A program made the position numbers and the translations under genes. Shown here in pieces: positions 34,657 to 42,955 of a stretch of DNA of 64,000 bases. This DNA comes from Gaiellaceae bacterium (GTDB lineage Bacteria > Actinomycetota > Thermoleophilia > Gaiellales > Gaiellaceae), in assembly GCA_035653395.1 (NCBI GenBank), contig DASRBX010000009.1, forward strand, positions 3,692-67,691, given 5' to 3'. How positions within the stretch are numbered: position 1 is the stretch's first letter; each line of letters starts with the position of its first letter. Under the pieces are notes generated by a model, which saw only the letters and a program-made list of their open reading frames with translations, did not search any database and had not been told where the DNA came from.

Positions 34657-36030
34657 GTGAACGAGCGCGAGCTGTTCCGGCAGGTTGCCGACTACGCGGG
34701 GGATTTCGTCGAGGCGCTCGAGACGCGGCCGATCCGGGCGGAGCAGGACGTGGCCGAGCTCACGGCGGCGCTCGGCGGCCCTCTGCCCGAGCATCCCGCC
34801 GATCCGCGTGGCGTGCTCGCCGCGCTCGTGGAGGCCGCCGAGCCCGGCCTCGTCGCGATGCCCTCGGGCCGGTACTTCGGCTTCGTCATCGGCGGCGGCG
34901 TGCCGGCCGCCGTCGCGGCCGACATGCTCGTTTCGGTCTGGGACCAGAACGCGGGCCTCTACGTCGGCGGCCCGGCGGCTTCGGTCGTGGAGGAGGTCTG
35001 CCGGGTCTGGATCGCGGAGCTGCTCGGCCTTCCGTCGCACGTCTCCGTCGCGTTCGTCACGGGGACGCAGATGGCGCACGTGACCGCGCTCGCCGCCGCA
35101 CGCCACCACGTCCTTGCGCAGGCCGGCTGGGACGTCGCCGCGGAGGGGCTCGTCGGCGCGCCGGCGATCCGAGTCGTCGTGGGCGAGAAGCGGCACGTGA
35201 CCGTCGACCGCGCGCTGCGCCTGCTCGGCATCGGCGCGTCCGCGCTCGAGGTCGTGCCGGCGGACGACCAGGGGCGGATGCTCGCCGACCGCCTGCCCGA
35301 CCTTGGAGGCCGGCCGACGATCGTCTGCGGCCAGGCGGGCGAGGTCAACACAGGGGCCTGCGACGACCTGGAGGCGATCGACGCCGCGGCGTCGGAAGCG
35401 GGCGCCTGGTTCCACGTCGACGGCGCCTTCGGGCTCTGGGCGGCCGCGTCGCCGCAGCTCCGCCACCTGGTGCGCGGCGCCGGGCGTGCCGACTCGTGGA
35501 CGACGGACGCGCACAAGTGGCTGAACGTGGCCTACGACTCCGGCTTCGCGTTCTGCGCCCATCCGGAGGCGCATCGCGCCGCCGTCGGAGTCACCGCCTC
35601 CTACCTCGTCCACGCCGAGGACGGGCGGGAGCGCGATCAGATGGACTGGACGCCGGAGTTCTCGCGGCGCGCCCGCGGCTTCGCCGTCTACGCCGCGATC
35701 CGGTCTCTCGGCCGCAGCGGGATCGCGGAGCTCGTCGAGCGGTCCTGCGCGCACGCGCGACGGTTCGCGCAGCTCCTCGAGGCGGGCGGCGCGACGATCC
35801 TCAACGACGTCGTCCTGAACCAGGTGCTCGTCCGCTTCGGGGACGGCGAGCAGACGCGCGAGGTGATCCGCAGGGTGCAGGAGGACTGGACGTGCTGGCT
35901 GTCCGGCACGGACTGGCAGGGCGAGCACGCGATGCGGATCTCGGTCTCGAACTGGCGCACGACGCGGGAGGACGTCGAGCGCTCGGCCGCCGCGATCCTC
36001 GCCGCGGCGCGTCTACATTCCGGGGTGTGA
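34657..36030 (+). CDS. Group II pyridoxal-dependent decarboxylase-family protein
   Basis: HVDGAFG and SWTTDAHKWLNV (PLP lysine). GTG start. Confidence 0.75.
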   Translation: MNERELFRQVADYAGDFVEALETRPIRAEQDVAELTAALGGPLPEHPADPRGVLAALVEAAEPGLVAMPSGRYFGFVIGGGVPAAVAADMLVSVWDQNAGLYVGGPAASVVEEVCRVWIAELLGLPSHVSVAFVTGTQMAHVTALAAARHHVLAQAGWDVAAEGLVGAPAIRVVVGEKRHVTVDRALRLLGIGASALEVVPADDQGRMLADRLPDLGGRPTIVCGQAGEVNTGACDDLEAIDAAASEAGAWFHVDGAFGLWAAASPQLRHLVRGAGRADSWTTDAHKWLNVAYDSGFAFCAHPEAHRAAVGVTASYLVHAEDGRERDQMDWTPEFSRRARGFAVYAAIRSLGRSGIAELVERSCAHARRFAQLLEAGGATILNDVVLNQVLVRFGDGEQTREVIRRVQEDWTCWLSGTDWQGEHAMRISVSNWRTTREDVERSAAAILAAARLHSGV

Positions 36031-36527
36031 CTCTCGCCGAGGCAGCGGCGCGCGCCGAGGAGCTCGCCGCGAGCGGGTCGGCGCAGGAGCTCGCGAGCCT
36101 CCGCGGCGAGTGGGACGACGAGCTCGAGGCGGCCGCGCGCAGCTCGGACTTCCGCGAGCGGGCGCTCGCTTTCCGTGCGGTCGGGATGTTCCGGTGGCGC
36201 GCGAAGGAGGAGCTGCTGCGCCGTGGTCTCGACGACGCCAGTCCGGCTGCCCGCGGGTCGGCGCTCCTCTCGCTCGAGCTCCTTTCCCGCGACCACCCGA
36301 GCACCGTCAACTCGGTGCGGCCGCTCCTGCACAAGATGCTGTCCGACGACGACGAGAACCCTGCCGTGCGCAGGCTGGCGGTCCTGGCGCTGAAGAACGG
36401 CTCCGCGCAGCGCGACTCGATCGTCCTGCTCGAGGGGCTCGCGGGCGACGCCGCCGACGGCGACCTGAGGCGCGCAGCAGCCGGCGTCGCTCAGAGCCTG
36501 AAGCGGAAGGCTCAGGAAAAGCGCTAG
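36027..36527 (+). CDS. HEAT-repeat protein
   Basis: Repeated ...R..A..AL motifs (DASPAARGSALLSL, ENPAVRRLAVLAL). GTG overlaps the upstream TGA. Confidence 0.5.
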   Translation: MTLAEAAARAEELAASGSAQELASLRGEWDDELEAAARSSDFRERALAFRAVGMFRWRAKEELLRRGLDDASPAARGSALLSLELLSRDHPSTVNSVRPLLHKMLSDDDENPAVRRLAVLALKNGSAQRDSIVLLEGLAGDAADGDLRRAAAGVAQSLKRKAQEKR

Positions 36528-36697
36528 CCCGCGCAGCTGGTGCAGACGCGAGCCTGGATCTCGCGACCGCAGGACGGGCAGACGCGGCGGCGCCGTCTGC
36601 GTTCCAGAGCGCTCTTCTGGAGCCCGGCGGTGATCATGAGCCACGCCGCCGCGAGGGTGGAGACGGCGGCGATTGCGACATGTGGATCGAGATGCAT
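36524..36697 (-). CDS. 57-aa TM + zinc-ribbon mini-protein, hypothetical
   Basis: MHLDPHVAIAAVSTLAAAWLMITAGL...VCPSCGREIQARVCTSCAG. AGGAAG RBS is present. It starts 2 nt after the xerD-like stop. Confidence 0.45.
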   Translation of the reverse strand: MHLDPHVAIAAVSTLAAAWLMITAGLQKSALERRRRRRVCPSCGREIQARVCTSCAG

Positions 36698-36699
36698 CG

Positions 36700-37620
36700 T
36701 TACTTCCTGGTCGGCGTTGCGGAACTCTTGCGGCGCGCATGCGGGTGCGCCTGGAAGTACAACTCGCGCCGCCTGCGATCGGATACGTGGGTGTACAGCT
36801 CCGTGGTGGCGAGGTCGGCGTGCCCGAGCATCTCCTGAACCGCGCGCAGGTCGGCTCCTCCCTCCAGCAGATGCGTCGCGAACGAGTGGCGGAGGAGATG
36901 GGGGTGGATCCGTTCCGGCTCGAGCCCCGCCTTTCCGGCCAGGCGGCGCAGGACGAGGAAGACGCCCGCGCGGGTGAGCGGGCCGCCGTGCGCGTTGAGG
37001 AACAGCTCCTGCCGGCGGCGGCGGTCGAGGAAGGGGCGACCGCGGGAGAGGTAGCGGCGGAGCGCGTCCGCGGCCTCCCGCCCGACCGGGACGACCCGCT
37101 CCTTGCCTCCCTTGCCGAAGGCCCGCACGAGTCGGTTCTCGAGATCGACGGACTGCCGGTCGAGCGCGACCGCCTCGCTCACCCGCAGGCCCGCGCCGTA
37201 GAGCAGCTCGCCGAGAGCGCGGTTGCGCAGGTCGAGCGGCGTCGTCCCGGTCGCCGCGTCGAGAAGGCGCTCGACCTCGGCGGGTGACAACGTCCGCGGC
37301 AGCTTCCTCCGACGCTTCGGCAGCTCGACGTTCGCCGCCGGGTTGTCCCCGCGGGCGCCGAGCAGCACCTGGTGGCGGAAGAAGGAGCGGACGGCGGCAA
37401 GCCGCCTCGCGACCGTGGTGGACGCGAGCCCGTCGGCCCGGAGCTGAGCGACGTAGGACGCGAGGTCCTCGGCCGTCGCCTCCGCGGGCGAGCGGCCGAG
37501 CCACTCGGCCAGGTGTGAGAGGTCGCGTCGGTAGGCCTCGACCGTGCGCGGCGCGAGTCGCGCGGACGCGAGGGCGAGGAAGCCTTCGACGGCCGGATCG
37601 GGGTGCTCCCGTGACGTCAC
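36700..37620 (-). CDS. xerD: Tyrosine recombinase, XerC/XerD family (XerD-like)
   Basis: RNRALGELLYGAGLRVSEAV, HLLRHSFATHLLEGGADLRAVQEMLGHADLATTELYTHV. Start set at GTG 37620 to avoid running into acyP. Confidence 0.75.
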   Translation of the reverse strand: MTSREHPDPAVEGFLALASARLAPRTVEAYRRDLSHLAEWLGRSPAEATAEDLASYVAQLRADGLASTTVARRLAAVRSFFRHQVLLGARGDNPAANVELPKRRRKLPRTLSPAEVERLLDAATGTTPLDLRNRALGELLYGAGLRVSEAVALDRQSVDLENRLVRAFGKGGKERVVPVGREAADALRRYLSRGRPFLDRRRRQELFLNAHGGPLTRAGVFLVLRRLAGKAGLEPERIHPHLLRHSFATHLLEGGADLRAVQEMLGHADLATTELYTHVSDRRRRELYFQAHPHARRKSSATPTRK

Positions 37621-37668
37621 GCGCGCTGACTTCGCGCCGCGGCGCGCGACGCCTGCTCGAATGTACGC

Positions 37669-37944
37669 GTGGAGCGGGAGCGCAGGCATGTCGTCGTCCA
37701 CGGGCTCGTGCAGGGAGTCGGATTCCGCTTCGCGGTCGAGAGGGCTGCCCTGTCGCGCGGGGTTGCGGGCTGGGTGCGGAACCGTGCGGAGGGGACGGCC
37801 GAGGCGGTTTTCGAGGGGACCGCGGAGGACGTCGAGGCGCTCGTCGAGTACTGCCGGCACGGCCCGCGTGGTGCCGAGGTCGGGCGCGTCGAGGTGGAGG
37901 CGGAATCAGCCGAGGGCCTGGCCGGCTTCCGCGTCCTGGGCTGA
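37669..37944 (+). CDS. acyP: Acylphosphatase
   Basis: [13 protein letters not shown] and GWVRN..G.VEAVFEG motifs. GTG start. Confidence 0.85.
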   Translation: MERERRHVVVHGLVQGVGFRFAVERAALSRGVAGWVRNRAEGTAEAVFEGTAEDVEALVEYCRHGPRGAEVGRVEVEAESAEGLAGFRVLG

Positions 37945-38895
37945 GGCGAAGCCCACGAGCGGCTCGGCGCTCGCCCAGACGATCTCGCCGCGGTCGAGCT
38001 CGAGCTCCTCGAGCTGCTCGCGCCGCAGCCGCGCTGCGAAACGCTCGCCGCTCCCGTCCGCGAGATCGACGCGGACGTCGGCTCCGAGCACGGCGATCCG
38101 CTCGACCTCGACCTCCACCGCACCGTCGCTCGGCCACCGCCGCAGCACGATCTCGTGCGGGCGCACGAGGCGCGAGCCCAGGCGAACCGCGTCGCCGACG
38201 AAGCGGAGGACGAACTCCGACGCCGGGGCGTCGTAGAGCTCGGCCGGCGCGCCCACCTGCTCGAGGCGGCCGTGGTCGAAGACGGCGACGCGGTCGGCGA
38301 CCTCCATCGCCTCCTCCTGGTCGTGCGTGACGAAGACCGTGGTCACCCGCACCTCCTCGTGGAGGCGACGCAGCCAGTCGCGCAGCTCGGCCCGGACCCG
38401 CGCGTCGAGCGCTCCGAAGGGCTCGTCGAGCAGCAGCACGCGCGGCTTCGCGGCGAGGGCCCGGGCGAGCGCCATCCGCTGCCGCTGCCCACCCGAGAGC
38501 CGCGACGGATAGCGGTCCGCGAACCCCTGCAGCTGGACGAGCTCGAGCAGCTCGTCGACGCGCTCCCGGATCTCCCGCTTCGGGCGCTTGCGGATCGTGA
38601 GCGCGAACGCGACGTTGTCGCGGACGGTCATGTGCTTGAAGGCCGCGTAGTGCTGGAAGACGAAGCCGACGTCGCGCCGCTGCGGCGCGAGCCGGGTCGC
38701 GTCCTCCCCCGACAGCAGGACCTCGCCGGCGTCGGGCCGCTCGAGACCGGCGACGATGCGCAGCAGGGTCGACTTGCCGGAGCCGCTCGGGCCGAGCACC
38801 GCCGTGAGCGAGCCGTCCGGGATCGCGAGCGAGACGTCGTCGAGGGCGGTGAACGCGCCGAAGCGCTTGGTGACGTTGCGGATCTCGATGGACAT
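37906..38895 (-). CDS. cysA: Sulfate/thiosulfate ABC transporter ATP-binding protein
   Basis: Walker [10 protein letters not shown], signature LSGGQRQR, and Walker [20 protein letters not shown] is typical of CysA. Confidence 0.88.
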   Translation of the reverse strand: MSIEIRNVTKRFGAFTALDDVSLAIPDGSLTAVLGPSGSGKSTLLRIVAGLERPDAGEVLLSGEDATRLAPQRRDVGFVFQHYAAFKHMTVRDNVAFALTIRKRPKREIRERVDELLELVQLQGFADRYPSRLSGGQRQRMALARALAAKPRVLLLDEPFGALDARVRAELRDWLRRLHEEVRVTTVFVTHDQEEAMEVADRVAVFDHGRLEQVGAPAELYDAPASEFVLRFVGDAVRLGSRLVRPHEIVLRRWPSDGAVEVEVERIAVLGADVRVDLADGSGERFAARLRREQLEELELDRGEIVWASAEPLVGFASAQDAEAGQALG

Positions 38896-39693
38896 CTAGT
38901 ACGCGGACTCCTTCGGCTTCGTGAGCATCATCAGGACGAGCACGAGGATGGCGATCGCCGCCAGGACGACCGCCATGGCGTACGCGCCCCCTTCCTGGAA
39001 GTTCTGGATCAGGTCGTCGATGCGGGTCGTGGCGGTCTCGGTCCTGCCTTCGATCCGCCCCGAGACGACGGCGACGGCGCCGTACTCCCCGAGGCAGCGC
39101 GCGGTCGTGAGGATGACGCCGTAGATCACGGCCCAGCGGATCGAGGGCAGCGTGATGCGCCAGAACCGCTGCCAGCGCGTCGCGCCGAGCGTCGCGGCGG
39201 CCTGCTCCTGCTCGTTGCCCAGCTCCCGCAGCGTCGGGATGACCTCCCGCGCGACGAAGGGCACGGAGACGAAGATCGTCGCGAGCACGATCGCCGGCAG
39301 CGCGAAGAGGACCTGGAACCCGTGCTGTGACAGCCAGCTGCCGAACCAGCCTCCGCGCGGCGCGTAGAGCAGGTAGAGGGAGAGGCCGATGACGACCGGC
39401 GAGACCGCGAGCGGCAGGTCGATGAAGGCATTGAGCAGACCCTTTCCGCGGAAGCGGCGGCGCACGATCGCGAGCGCGCAGAGCACGCCGAAGAGCGTGT
39501 TGAGCGGGACGGCTATCGCCGTCGCGAGCAGCGTCATCTCGAAGGCGTGCACGGTGAACGGGTCCGACAGCGCCTGCCAGACCGGGTGCAGGCCGTGCTG
39601 GAAGGTGCGGTAGAAGACCATCCCGAGCGGCGCGAGCAGGAGGACGAGGAGGTATACGAGCGCCACCCCGCGCAGGGCCAGCCGCCTAGGCAC
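38896..39693 (-). CDS. cysW: Sulfate ABC transporter permease CysW
   Basis: Six-TM permease with the EAA-loop-like segment EQEQAAATLGATRWQRFWRITLP. Confidence 0.85.
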   Translation of the reverse strand: MPRRLALRGVALVYLLVLLLAPLGMVFYRTFQHGLHPVWQALSDPFTVHAFEMTLLATAIAVPLNTLFGVLCALAIVRRRFRGKGLLNAFIDLPLAVSPVVIGLSLYLLYAPRGGWFGSWLSQHGFQVLFALPAIVLATIFVSVPFVAREVIPTLRELGNEQEQAAATLGATRWQRFWRITLPSIRWAVIYGVILTTARCLGEYGAVAVVSGRIEGRTETATTRIDDLIQNFQEGGAYAMAVVLAAIAILVLVLMMLTKPKESAY

Positions 39694-40522
39694 GCTCGTA
39701 CCTCGTGACCCAGAAGCGCAGCGCGCCGACGACGAGCAGCAGGACGAAGGCGGCGCCGAGCAGCACGATCGCGACGGCCGCCGCCTGCGGCGCCTGGCCG
39801 TCCTGGATCACGTTGAAGATGAAGACGGAGACGACCTCGGTGTGGAGCGTGCTTCCCGCGACGAGGACGACCGAGCCGATCTCGCCGAGCGCGCGGGCGA
39901 AGGCGAGGACGGAGCCGGAGAGGATCCCGGGCAGGATGTTCGGCAGCACGATCCGCCGGAAGACGGTGAGCTGACCCGCCCCGAGCGAACGGGCCGCCTC
40001 TTCCATCTCCACGTCGAGCTCGAGCAGCACGGGCTGCACCGTCCGGATGACGAACGGCAGCGTGACGAAGCAGAGGGCTAAGACGATCGCCGTGCGGGTG
40101 AAGGCGACGTCGATCCCCACCGGGGAATGGGGGCCGTAAAGCGTGAGCAGGGTCAGCCCTGCCACGATCGTCGGCAGCGCGAACGGCAGGTCGATGACCG
40201 CGTTGACGAGCCCCTTGCCGTGGAAGTCGTCCCGGACGAGGACCCAGGCAGTGACCGTGCCGAGCACGGCATTGACGAGGACGACGACGAAGGCGGCGCC
40301 GAACGTGAGCTTCAGGGCGCCGACGGCCTCGGGGCTCGAGACGATCTGCCAGAACGCGTGCGTGCCGTCGCGCTTCGACTCCCACACGAGGGCCGCGAGC
40401 GGCAGGACGACGACGATGATGAGGAACGTCGAGATGACGCCGACGGACAGGGCGGTGCTGCCCCGTCCGCCGGCGCGGATCCTGCGCGACGGCGCCGCCG
40501 CCGGCGCCGCGACCGTGCTAAT
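39686..40522 (-). CDS. cysT: Sulfate ABC transporter permease CysT, probable ATT start
   Basis: EEAARSLGAGQLTVFRRIVLP loop. The first canonical start (GTG 40387) would delete TM1. GGAGG lies 8 nt before ATT 40522. The resulting 278 aa is the usual CysT size. Confidence 0.75.
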   Translation of the reverse strand: MSTVAAPAAAPSRRIRAGGRGSTALSVGVISTFLIIVVVLPLAALVWESKRDGTHAFWQIVSSPEAVGALKLTFGAAFVVVLVNAVLGTVTAWVLVRDDFHGKGLVNAVIDLPFALPTIVAGLTLLTLYGPHSPVGIDVAFTRTAIVLALCFVTLPFVIRTVQPVLLELDVEMEEAARSLGAGQLTVFRRIVLPNILPGILSGSVLAFARALGEIGSVVLVAGSTLHTEVVSVFIFNVIQDGQAPQAAAVAIVLLGAAFVLLLVVGALRFWVTRYERA

Positions 40523-41528
40523 GGGTCGGGCCTCCGACCGCCCGTTCGATCGAGAGCATCCGGCCCTTGATCGGGTCGAACCAGACGCGATTCGCCTTGA
40601 TCCAGCCGCCGAACAGGCGGTCCGAGATCTTGAAGGCCGGGCCCGTGTCGAACCGCTTGCGCCAGACGGCGAGGTCCGGGCGCTTCAGGACCGACTTGAC
40701 GACCGGGCGATAGCCGTTGGCCGCGAAGATCCTCTGCTGCTTCGGCGCGTGGGCGTACTTGATGAACGCCTTCGCCGCCGGGGGCGCGTTCTTCGCCGCC
40801 ACCATCGGAAGCTGGATCAGCATCGTCGGCTTCGGCACGACGAGCTTGCCCTGCTGGCCCGCGGCGAACGCGGCGTAGGCCTCGCTCTCGTAGGTGATGA
40901 GGACGTCGCCCTTCCCTGCGAAGAACGTCCTGGCGGCGTTGGAGCCGGACGAGTCCTGCGAGACGACGTGCTTGAACAGCTTCGTCAGGAACTGAACGGC
41001 CTGCTTGTTGCTCATTCCCGACTTGCGCATCGCACCGTAGGCGGCGAGGACGTTCCACTTCGCCGACCCGGACGGGAACGGATCGGGCGTCACGACCTGC
41101 ACTCCCGGCTTGACCAGGTCGTTCCAGGAGTGAATGTGCTTCGGGTTCCCCGGCCGCACGACGAAGGCGACGACCGAGTCTGCGGCGATCCCTCCGAGCG
41201 GCGCCCTGGTCCAGCTCTTGGAGACGAGGCCCGCGGCGGCGAGCGTGTCGATGTCGAGGCCGGTGGAGAGGAAGGCGATGTCCGCAGGCTGGCCGGCGAC
41301 GATCGCCCGTGCCTGCGCCCCCGAGGGGCCGTACGACTGCGTGAAGGTGACGCCCTGGCCGGCGGGCTGGTGGGCGAAGCGTGAGATCAGCTTCTGCATG
41401 ACCGGCTTCGGCGTCGAGTAGGCGACGAGGTTCAGGGTCGTCCCCGACCGGCGTGCCTGGGCCACGCTGCTCGCGCAGCCGAAGAGCACAGGGACGAGGA
41501 TCAGGGCGGGGAGCAGGAAACGGCGCAT
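40518..41528 (-). CDS. cysP: Sulfate/thiosulfate-binding lipoprotein (Sbp/CysP)
   Basis: Lipobox LFGC. LNLVAYSTPK...SGSAKWN... is the Sbp family pattern. Confidence 0.85.
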   Translation of the reverse strand: MRRFLLPALILVPVLFGCASSVAQARRSGTTLNLVAYSTPKPVMQKLISRFAHQPAGQGVTFTQSYGPSGAQARAIVAGQPADIAFLSTGLDIDTLAAAGLVSKSWTRAPLGGIAADSVVAFVVRPGNPKHIHSWNDLVKPGVQVVTPDPFPSGSAKWNVLAAYGAMRKSGMSNKQAVQFLTKLFKHVVSQDSSGSNAARTFFAGKGDVLITYESEAYAAFAAGQQGKLVVPKPTMLIQLPMVAAKNAPPAAKAFIKYAHAPKQQRIFAANGYRPVVKSVLKRPDLAVWRKRFDTGPAFKISDRLFGGWIKANRVWFDPIKGRMLSIERAVGGPTH

Positions 41529-41550
41529 CGCGTTACGGTCCTTTCTCGGG

Positions 41551-41596
41551 ATTACCTACCGTCTTACTAGGTATTGGCGATGCTCATATCTAGCAT
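41551..41596 (-). promoter_or_regulatory. Two inverted repeats in the AT-rich cysP promoter region (candidate Rrf2 operator)
   Basis: The first is TACCTA-N9-TAGGTA (41553-41573). The second is ATGCT-N7-AGCAT (41580-41596). Confidence 0.35.
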
Positions 41597-41637
41597 AAGG
41601 TCGTTCGGGGGGCAAACCCAAACGAAATCCGAACGGT

Positions 41638-42048
41638 TCAGGCCCGGCGCTGCGCGGCCGCGATATCCGCGAGCGTGGTCTGCTCCAGCACCCCGCGGAT
41701 CTGCAGTCGCAGCTCGAGCCAGACCTCGCGCAGGCCCACGGCCGCGCCCTCGTACGCCAGCTCGTCGGGCCGCACGCCCCGCACGGTGGCTATCGGCCCC
41801 TCGAGCTCGCGGATCACCTCCGCGATCGAGATGTCCTCGGCCGGGCGCGCGAGCTGGTAGCCGCCCTCGGCGCCGCGCTGGCTCGTAACGAGGCCCGCGG
41901 TGCGGAGCTGGGAGAGGATGCTCTCGAGGAACTTCGGCGGGATGCCCTGGGCGGAGGCGAGCTGCTCGGCGGTCGTCAGGCCGGGAGGGGCCGCGGCGAG
42001 CTCCGCCATCGCCCGCAGGGCATAGTCCACCTTCGCCGAGACGCGCAT
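41638..42048 (-). CDS. Rrf2-family transcriptional regulator (CymR-like, no Fe-S Cys triad)
   Basis: MRVSAKVDYALRAMAELA...GIPPKFLESILSQLRTAGLV..SQRGAEGGYQLARP. Confidence 0.85.
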   Translation of the reverse strand: MRVSAKVDYALRAMAELAAAPPGLTTAEQLASAQGIPPKFLESILSQLRTAGLVTSQRGAEGGYQLARPAEDISIAEVIRELEGPIATVRGVRPDELAYEGAAVGLREVWLELRLQIRGVLEQTTLADIAAAQRRA

Positions 42049-42069
42049 CCGGGCATTCTCGCGGTCGGG

Positions 42070-42912
42070 TCAGGAACGCGGGTGGGAGCGGTCGTACACG
42101 CGGCGCAGATGGCGCGGGTCGACGTGGCTGTAGACCTGCGTCGTGGAGAGGGAGCTGTGGCCGAGCAGCTCCTGGATCGTGCGGAGGTCGGCGCCGCCGT
42201 CGAGCAGGTGCGTTGCGAAGGCGTGCCGCAGGCGGTGGGGGTGGGGCACGATCCGGCGGAGCGCGCTCGTGTCGAGGCGGCGGCCGCGCGCGGACAGGAA
42301 CAGCGCGTCCTCGGCGCCGCGGGCAAGGGTCGGCCGTGCGTCACGCAGGTAGCGGGCGAGCCAGAGCGCGGCCTCCTCGCCGAGCGGCACGACGCGCTCC
42401 TTGCCGCCCTTGCCGCGCCGGACATGGACGAGCTCCTGCTCGAAGTCGACGTCGGCGAGGTCGAGGCCGACGGCCTCCGCGCTCCGCAGGCCGGCGGAGT
42501 AGACGAGCTCGACGAGCGCGCGGTTCCGCAGCGCGACCGGGCCGTCGCCCTCGAGCGCCTCCAGCAGCTGCTCGATCTCCCCGGCCGCGGGGGCGTCGGG
42601 GAGGCGGCGCGCACGGCGCGGCCCGAGCCGGGCCTCCGGGACACGTTCCGGCCCGAGCGCGTGGCGGAGGAAGGCGCGCACCGCGGCGAGCTTGCGGCTG
42701 ATCGTCGCGGGCGCGAGCTTCCTGCCGCGCCGGGCGCCGCCGAGCCAGGCGACGTACTCCGCGAGGACGCGGACATCGACCGCGTCGAGGCCGGTGTCGC
42801 GCTCCTCGAGCCAGCCGCAGAACTCCCGCACGTCGCCGCCGTAGGCGCGCCGCGTCGCCTCTCCGAGTGCCGGCGAGGCGAGGAAGCGGTCGGCTGCGAC
42901 GCGTGCCTGCAT
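42070..42912 (-). CDS. xerC: Tyrosine recombinase XerC-like
   Basis: RNRALVELVYSAGLRSAEAV, HRLRHAFATHLLDGGADLRTIQELLGHSSLSTTQVYSHV...VYDRSHPR. Confidence 0.75.
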   Translation of the reverse strand: MQARVAADRFLASPALGEATRRAYGGDVREFCGWLEERDTGLDAVDVRVLAEYVAWLGGARRGRKLAPATISRKLAAVRAFLRHALGPERVPEARLGPRRARRLPDAPAAGEIEQLLEALEGDGPVALRNRALVELVYSAGLRSAEAVGLDLADVDFEQELVHVRRGKGGKERVVPLGEEAALWLARYLRDARPTLARGAEDALFLSARGRRLDTSALRRIVPHPHRLRHAFATHLLDGGADLRTIQELLGHSSLSTTQVYSHVDPRHLRRVYDRSHPRS

Positions 42913-42955
42913 TCCGGACGGTTCGGCGGGCCTCGGCCTCTTCCCTTCCGTTAGC

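Noticed and set aside
37611-37620. A perfect 10-bp palindrome, GTGACGTCAC, at the proposed xerD start.
   Set aside because: It is a single short palindrome with no partner sites. It is compatible with chance and with the coding sequence.
37906-37944. A 39-nt convergent overlap of acyP and cysA, and a 48-nt overlap at 29897-29944.
   Set aside because: Both partners have intact family motifs up to their ends. Such overlaps are common in compact high-GC genomes, and nothing further distinguishes them.
39326-39333. Additional TGTGACAG 8-mers (also at 61976-61983) and CACAG-C-CTGTG at 15243-15253, considered as further copies of the 21-bp element.
   Set aside because: Only a half-site or the central 9-11 nt match. 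The flanks and the second arm are absent. About one such 8-mer is expected by chance in this window.
36700-42912. Two tyrosine recombinase genes, considered as a possible integrase pair bounding a mobile element.
   Set aside because: Both carry XerC/XerD-type C-terminal motifs. The genes between them are acyP and the sulfate ABC operon. There are no phage or conjugation genes, no att-like direct repeats and no compositional shift.
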